From: Veleropilina oligotropha
Lineage: Eukaryota
Direction: 5' to 3'
Assembly (NCBI GenBank): GCA_048128005.1
Contig: JBEUKZ010000085.1
Location: 62,001-126,000 of the forward strand
Length of the DNA: 64,000 bases
Position 1 is the first letter of the stretch, and every line of letters starts with the position of its first letter. A program made the position numbers and the translations under genes. Shown in pieces: positions 56,740-64,000 of this stretch. Below the pieces are notes generated by a model that did not search any database, was not told the DNA's origin, and worked only from the letters and a program-made list of their open reading frames with translations.

Positions 56740-57655
56740 TCTTAATATAATGGAGCTATAATTGTATGCGGGTCTGTCTGTCTGTCTGTCTGTTTCAAGT
56801 TGAACTCCTCCCAGACGCTTTGACCTAGGACCTTCAAACTTTGGGGGGTTAATCGGGGTCCCCCAAGGAAGGTTTACCACGAAAAAAATTCGGAAAATTC
56901 GCGAAAAAAAAAAAAATTTACTATATATCTTCATATAATGGAGCTATAATTTTATGTGTGTCTGTCTGTCTGTCTGTTTCAAGTTGAACTCCTCCCAGAC
57001 GCTTTGACCTAGGACCTTCAAACTTTGGGGGGTTAATCGGGGTCCCCCAAGGAAGGTTTACCACGAAAAAAATTCGGAAAATTCGCGAAAAAAAAAAAAA
57101 TTTACTATCATTTTTAATATAACTAGCAATGGTACCCGTCTTCGCCGGGTAAGTCCCCCCACCCCATTTTTTTTTTTTTTTTTTTTTTTTTGGATAGTGC
57201 TCCCTTAAATATTTTTTTTTTTTCCCGAATTTTCCGAATTTTTTTCGTGGTAAACCTTCCTTGGGGGACCCCGATTAACCCCCCCAAGTTTGAAGGTCCT
57301 AGGTCAAAGCGTCTGGGAGGAGTACAACTTGAAACAGACAGACACACAATTATAGCTCCATTATTATATTAAGATTATATGAAGATATATAGCAATTTTT
57401 TTTTTGTTTGCCGAATTTTCAGAATTTTTTTCGTGGTAAACCTTCCTTGGGGGACCCCGATTAACCCCCCAAAGTTTGAAGGTCCTAGGTCAAAGCGTCT
57501 GGGAGGAGTTCAACTTGAAACAGACAGACACACTAATATTATTATATTAAGATGGGGGAAAAAAAAAAAAAAAAAAAAGGGAGCACTATCCAAAAAAAAA
57601 AAAAAAAAATTTGGGCTGGGGGGACTTACCCGGCGAAGACGGGTACCATTGCTAG
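56740..57655. mobile_element. Cluster of short non-autonomous Helitrons
   Basis: A|TC starts with (GTCT)n; 3' ends cccggcgaagacggg hairpin then CTAG|T; complete minus-strand copy at 57123-57374. Confidence 0.75.
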
Positions 57656-60259
57656 TAATAATAATAATAATTGCCGCTTCTTATATAGCGCATTTAACTG
57701 TTGAATCAACTGTCTCAATGCGCTTTGACATATTATTACCCTGGTTATTGGCTTGTTCCATACGAGATTCCATCTCAACTCCCTCAGGGAGCATTACAGT
57801 CATTTACACGCGGATTGCGCTGTGACTTACATAACTGCCTACCAGGTACCCATTCAGATCTCAAATCGGCTGGGTGAACCGAGGCAATATATGTTTAATT
57901 CCTTGCCCAAGGGAAATCGCCGGGATCGGGGTTGAACCCCAAACCTTTCGAGTGAGAGGCCAGTGCATCTACCACTGTACCACGGCTGCAAAACAAACAT
58001 TATTAATGTCCCTGTCATACCTGGCTCATGTTGTGATAAATAAAAGTATTTACAAGTTAAGCGAAAAAGAGCTGATGGAAATAGAACAGAAAATATGTGT
58101 ATATGATTTCAGTCCTATTTTCACACGTATACTATCCCTTCCAACTTGATTTGGTTGTGCTATTTTGAAAATAAATGACAGAATTGCCTTCCTAGTATAA
58201 GAAAACATATTAAACGACATATTATTCACGTATCAATCTTATATGTCTGCAAATATATGAGATCAAGACTATTTTCACTATTCCATGGCGGACATCTGGG
58301 ATTTCGTTTATTTTGAACACATGATTGCCTGTCAACTTCATTTGTTTGCAAATTTTTAAAAGAAAAATGGTAGAATTGACTTCCTAGTGTCCGCATACAT
58401 AATTATAAAGAGACATATTATTCATGTATCTATCTAATCTGGTGGCAAAGATATGAACCAAAAAATATTTTCACTGTTCCATGGCGGCCATCTTGGATTA
58501 CGTCATATTACTACCTGTTAGGGGTCTTGAAAAAATGCAACCCTATTTTTTCTTCTTCCCTATATTATTTTAAAGCATAATCAAGCGATAAATCACTTTT
58601 AACAAACAAAATACATGAAAGTCCATTTTATGACATAATTAAGGGCCTATACTATAATTCAAAAACTTGTGCAAACTGAATTGTACTCAATCTAATGTAC
58701 TGGAAGAATCGTTCACCGACACGTCTAGCATCAGTTCTCGGACAAGATTATGGTAGGTTCTCTGCTGGTGTCTTTTTCGGAGAATATTATGCACCCACCA
58801 ACGATGCATCCTTCTGTTCTTTTTATGTATCAGATAATGCGTAGCGATGATAATAATCAATTCTTCCTCTTGTAGCAATAATAACTGGTGTTTTATTCCT
58901 AGCGCCGCCATAAGAATCGCATTTCAACAATGGAAACATATCTTAATCCATCTAAATGCGAAGTTCTGCATGTTACCAACCAAACGTCCCCGGATCATCA
59001 CCAGTACACAATCCACGGTGAACCCATGAAGGCTGTTTAGGATGCCAAGTACCTTGGTGTCAATATGAACAAGACCCTAAGCTGGAACAACCACATCCAC
59101 ACCACGACGAAAAAAGTCAACTCCACTATAGGCTTTCTACGACGGAACATAGGCAGCTGTCCGCCAAAGATCAAGAAACAGGCATACGTTACATTTGGAT
59201 GCCGACTATTGAGTATGCAGCGACAGTATGGAATCCCCACACACAAACTAACAAGACCAAGCTTGAAGCTGCACACGTTGTGCAGCGCGCTTTATCTTCT
59301 CGGACTATAAACGCATGAGCAGCCCACCACCATGTTGTCCAAACTTAGCATACCAACACTGGAGAGTAGACGTGTAGACACGAGGTTGACCATGATGTTT
59401 AAGATCTCACATCACTTCATGAGAAGTCGCCATTCCAATGACCCAGCTTTACTCTGTTGGGATGTCTACCAGAGGTCACCAACAACGTTTTATGGTTCCC
59501 TGCTCTAGGACTGATGCCCACCTGTCATCCGTTTTCCCAGCAACCATATATAAGACTGTAGAATGTCATCCCAAATTCACTGGTTGAAGCACAATCTCCA
59601 GACAGCTTCAGGAGCAATCTAGCTCAGTGGGTGTCATCCCCGGCTGTTGTCACACACCATTAATAATCTAATTTTATATTAGTTTTTGTTTGTTCGTATT
59701 GTTCATATTTTAATTCATTGTTCCTATGTTGACGTCACATCATAAGAACGTAATACCCCAATATATAGTTACCGGGGACTGTTCTGTATTTTAAAGAAGA
59801 AGAAGAAATATACAGTATAAAGTAGACCTAGACTAGATATCGTCATCAAGACTAAAACAAAAAGAAAAATTATTAGAGCTACCAAGAAAAAAAATAATTT
59901 GACGATTAAATTAATGCCGTGTTATTAATGTGTTATTAATGTCATAACGCAATATGTAGGCCTACATAAGGAATTTACAGAGTAGAGCAAATTGAAATAA
60001 TTTTCAATTAGTTCTTACTTTGGTGTTCTTAGCCCGCGAAATTTGTCATGTGTTATAACAGCATACGTACATATACATTATAGGCATAAGCGCAAATTTC
60101 TAATATAAAATAACTGGAATGAACATAATAAAAAATATTGCACGTTGCATCGTCATCTGCGCGATAGCGTCGCGACATGTGTTGTGGAGGAACCCAGCGA
60201 CACAACCGTTATCGCGTAGATAACGAGTTCTAAAAATAACTAAATAAAGCAGCAGGATC

Positions 60260-61150
60260 AGTCAGTGTTGAAAGAACTGGCCAAAGCTGTTGTACCAATT
60301 CTCACTCTAATTGTACGTTGATCATAATTATGAGACTGAAAAAGTGCCAACACTGGGTCTGAAGATCATCCAACATCTTCAAATATGCTTTTGATAAAAT
60401 TAGGCATAGCCTGTTGGCGTAGCCTACAAACTTGCCCACTATGGCATTCGAGTAAATACAAATCGATGGATTCAGAGCTTTTTATAGGACTAAAAACAGG
60501 CCGTGTTTGTGGAAGGATTAGAAAATGTCAGTGCAAATCAGTGTGGACTCTGTAGTACCACCGAGTGTCCGCTCGGTCTCAATTTATTTCCATTCTACAT
60601 TAATGATTTACCGGAAGGTTTCCAAATAAACGTCCTTTGTTTGCCGATGACACAGTCGTATATCTCACCATTACATCTGAATGCGATGAAAATGACGAAG
60701 ATCTGGAAAAGCTTGCAACTTGGGAAACTAAGTGGAACATATGTTTTCACCCAGACAAAGTTAATGCAGGATCATTAGCCTGACCAGAAAATGAACTCTC
60801 GGTTTGCGAAAAGGAATTGAATATTAGTAATACAAGGCTGAAAGAAAAAGTGTACAAATATCTAGTAAGACCAATTAAAAGTCGCGAGTACAGTATGGTA
60901 TCCGTATCAGCAAACATCAACTTGAAACATCAACTTGGAATGGTTCAGCACACCGAGCTGCCAGATACACCACCATGCAACAAGTATCGTTATACTGCCT
61001 CTGTTACTTCCATGCTGCGTGATTGAGGATAGGAAGCCCTAGAAGAAATGAGGAAAACTGCCGACTTGCTATATTTTACAAAATAGTGCATGTTATAGTC
61101 ACCATCGAAACAAGTGACAGACTTACAACACCTGATCGGGAATATGCATG
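60260..61150 (+). pseudogene. Highly decayed LINE RT fragment
   Basis: FYINDLP, LFADD-like, DLEKLATWETKW, YKYLVRP relics. Confidence 0.6.
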
Positions 61151-61573
61151 AGCAGGCATTTCAAATACCATCATGTTTAGTTTAACAATATTTTATTTGT
61201 GTTGCATTCTTATACAATCATATTATCACGATATACAATGATATGACAGGTATGATGTGACAATATGGAACATAATATAAATGCGGCGATTCGATAACAG
61301 GACTAGGCCTATGTGAATCGTCTCGCCGTGTGTCAGGTACATTTTAGCAGTGACATATTAAACATTGTAGATTTAACAATGCAAGAGTGAATATTACAAT
61401 CACACGCTCTATACGTAGATAAACTAACCATTTGCATATTATTGCATGCTCACGTGTGTATGCATACACGAAAATAATAATATTAGTTTATTACAATGAC
61501 TTTATAAACATTGATTAAAACAAAAATAAAAACAAAAATCAGAGTAAATCATGGCATAAGTTGGTGTTTGAAA

Positions 61574-61830
61574 TTATTTAAATCTCTTTGTTCCTTTGAT
61601 AAAGGTTTGAACAGTTTTGAAGATTAGGCAGTTTTCGCTGCTATCAATATTTAAATTGCCAAAGAGAATCACATTAATAGAACAGTTTTCTCCGAGATTA
61701 TTTAGTAAAGTGGGTCGTATATCGTTGTAAAGAGGACAGTTGAGAAAGTAGTGTTCAGCGTTTTCAATGGGATACACACACATACAAGACGGATTGTCCA
61801 CTATTTGTTTGCTGTAAAGGTCACCATTAA
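61574..61830 (-). pseudogene. LINE ORF2 3' end (C-terminal zinc knuckle)
   Basis: PSCMC...ENAEHYFLNCPLY..IR...ILFG...VQTFIKGTKRF, with a poly-purine tail nearby. Confidence 0.7.
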
Positions 61831-62949
61831 GACTGCTGCAATTATTACGAATTCTACAATGCGAGATTGCAGTGCTACTATCCAGTTCATAATCGAAGTG
61901 TTTAGGGTAAGGAATATTACCATCATGTAAAAGCGACTATTGGAAGGAATCATTCTTCCCAAGAACAATAAGAAATTGGAATACACTACCCACAACATAC
62001 ATTTCGAATACTAGTTTAGAGTCATTTAAGTCTCTACTGCTGCCGGAACATATAAACTAATCAAAACAATATCTTTATTTTTTAATCTCACTGTAATTTT
62101 TTTGCACAGCACTAGTTTTGTCGAATTTGTTTATGCGCACCCAACGTGGCATGCAGGATTATGGCTAATCAATGATTTCATGGTGGTGTCTACTAACTGG
62201 AAAAAGAAGAAGCCCTGTTAATACTTATATGTGATTTCAACATGGGAATAAGAACTGCACAACATCGCTAATCATGTCATTTTGAGCGACGGTACTGTTG
62301 CCACTATAACATTTTACCTACAGTGATGGCCACATATACACTCTCATCCAATACGACTGATTCGAGCATTTCTAAATTATTACTGTTTATAAAATGAACG
62401 ACATACAGGAATCAACCTAGATGATAACTTTTCTGTGGCCGAGTGGCTAAGATCTTTGCTCCCATTAGCAAGGTGAGTTCGAGATCGATCGTCGGCCTAG
62501 ATATTTCGGAGCTATCGGGGACCCACAACTGGTCGGAGTTGGTTTTACAATACATTCTGAGCAATCATCACACGATAATATGGACATGACTCGATAAGAC
62601 CGTGCATTGTATTAAATGCACAGCAGACCCAAGCCAAATTATCGCAAGAGCATAGTCATCGTTTCGAATGCTGATTTGACTTCATCTACAAGTATGTGTT
62701 TTATGGATAATTTTCAACTGTTCCGTGTGCACCCTGAACGTGCATGCACCATTTACAAGGTGTGTCTATGAAATCTTTCACGTTTATCAACGTGGTTTCA
62801 CCGAAAATAAGTACGAGTGCTTTACCCAGTGATTGGACACAAGCATTCTCCTCTATACAAGAAAGTCAGTTGGCATCGTTGGCAAAACTATACAGACTAT
62901 GATCATTAGCCAGTATCTGTTGCAAAACGCTGGAACACATCTTATGTAA

Positions 62950-63560
62950 ACACATCTCCAAACACATAGAAAAGTACTGTATATATTAGTACAATACAAA
63001 ACACGGATTGCAACAAGCATATCCTGCGAAACCTAGGCAACAACATTACACGACAACATGCAACAATGGAAATCAAACGTCCAGCTAGACATGGCAGTTT
63101 TGGAGTTTAGTAAAGTGTTTTGCCTTGTTCACACTAGGCAAATATTCTGGTACAATACCGCAATTTATCCGGGAGGGGCGTTCCCACCAGAAACTCTATC
63201 GCTACATGATTCGGTATTTAACCGAGATGAAATCCCGCTCCAGAACAGGTATTTTTCCGCGACGATCACGGGTTCACCCACGTGACTCTATATATACATC
63301 ATTATTAAGCCGAGACGAATAACACCAGCGTGGAAGCATCTTCCAACCAATGTAACATCGAATGTAAGACTATTCACAGATGAATGCTTTCCGTATCACA
63401 CGAACAAAACGCATGAAGACCAAACAGCTTCTTCTAGATGACTTCGACTATCTTTAAAGTGACGTGACACCTGGTTGGTGTTCTACAATACAGATAGGAG
63501 CGAATACATGCGAGTTTCTAGAAGAAAACCCGTTAGCTAAATAGTATACCAATGTCAGTG
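62950..63560 (+). pseudogene. Highly decayed LINE RT fragment
   Basis: LDMAVLEFSKVF and RLFTDEC relics. Confidence 0.5.
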
Positions 63561-64000
63561 ACCAAATATTGCAAGAGGTCCCGCAATATCAAATATATGT
63601 ATGTGTGTCTGCCTGTCCACTGAAATCTACTTGTCGGATTTCCTTCTAATTTTAAACACAAGGCTAAGAATGTCATTAAACTTTGAAATACCAAAAATTA
63701 TTCGGATCCGGATTGTAGGACGTCATTTTCTGTTTTTGCCTTACCTGCTCTTGCTAGTTAAATATTAGTCGTGGCGATTTCTGGCTTTCACCAACGTGTT
63801 GCTTGTCATCGGGACGAAGGTTTGTATAGTTGCTTACGAAAATGATTTGTGAAGATATCTTTGAGCGATCAATGATATCACAAAATCCGATTGCAAAAAT
63901 CGATTCACTTTATCTAAAAAAAGGGTAACGTTACGGGAAAATGAGACACATTACATAAAAAGCGTTCTACTTGGTTATCATAAAACAAGAAAATCCTGCA

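Overview
AT-rich animal (probably marine invertebrate) genomic DNA. The only host gene is a 10-coding-exon DnaJ/Hsp40 class A gene (DNAJA2-like, 414 aa, C-terminal CAHQ) on the minus strand, from 50626 down to 1099. Its 33.7 kb first intron holds three copies of one DIRS-type tyrosine-recombinase retrotransposon family (gag; RT-RNaseH-methyltransferase; YR; ITRs and ICR), all in the host's sense orientation. Copy 2 sits inside the terminal repeat of copy 1 at a site matching the circle junction. Copy 2 itself carries an intact Penelope element with three variant hammerhead ribozymes. Copy 3 has intact ORFs, with gag and a 985-aa YR frame separated by a single UAG and pol overprinted in the +1 frame. 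The DIRS non-coding ends show conserved, partly co-varying secondary structure. Other introns contain Helentron-type (HINE) satellite carriers, MITEs, SINEs and tandem duplications of the gene's own splice donors. Upstream of the gene is a four-level nest: LINE < Harbinger < Academ < Helitrons/SINE. All calls are from manual reading; identities are by-eye estimates.
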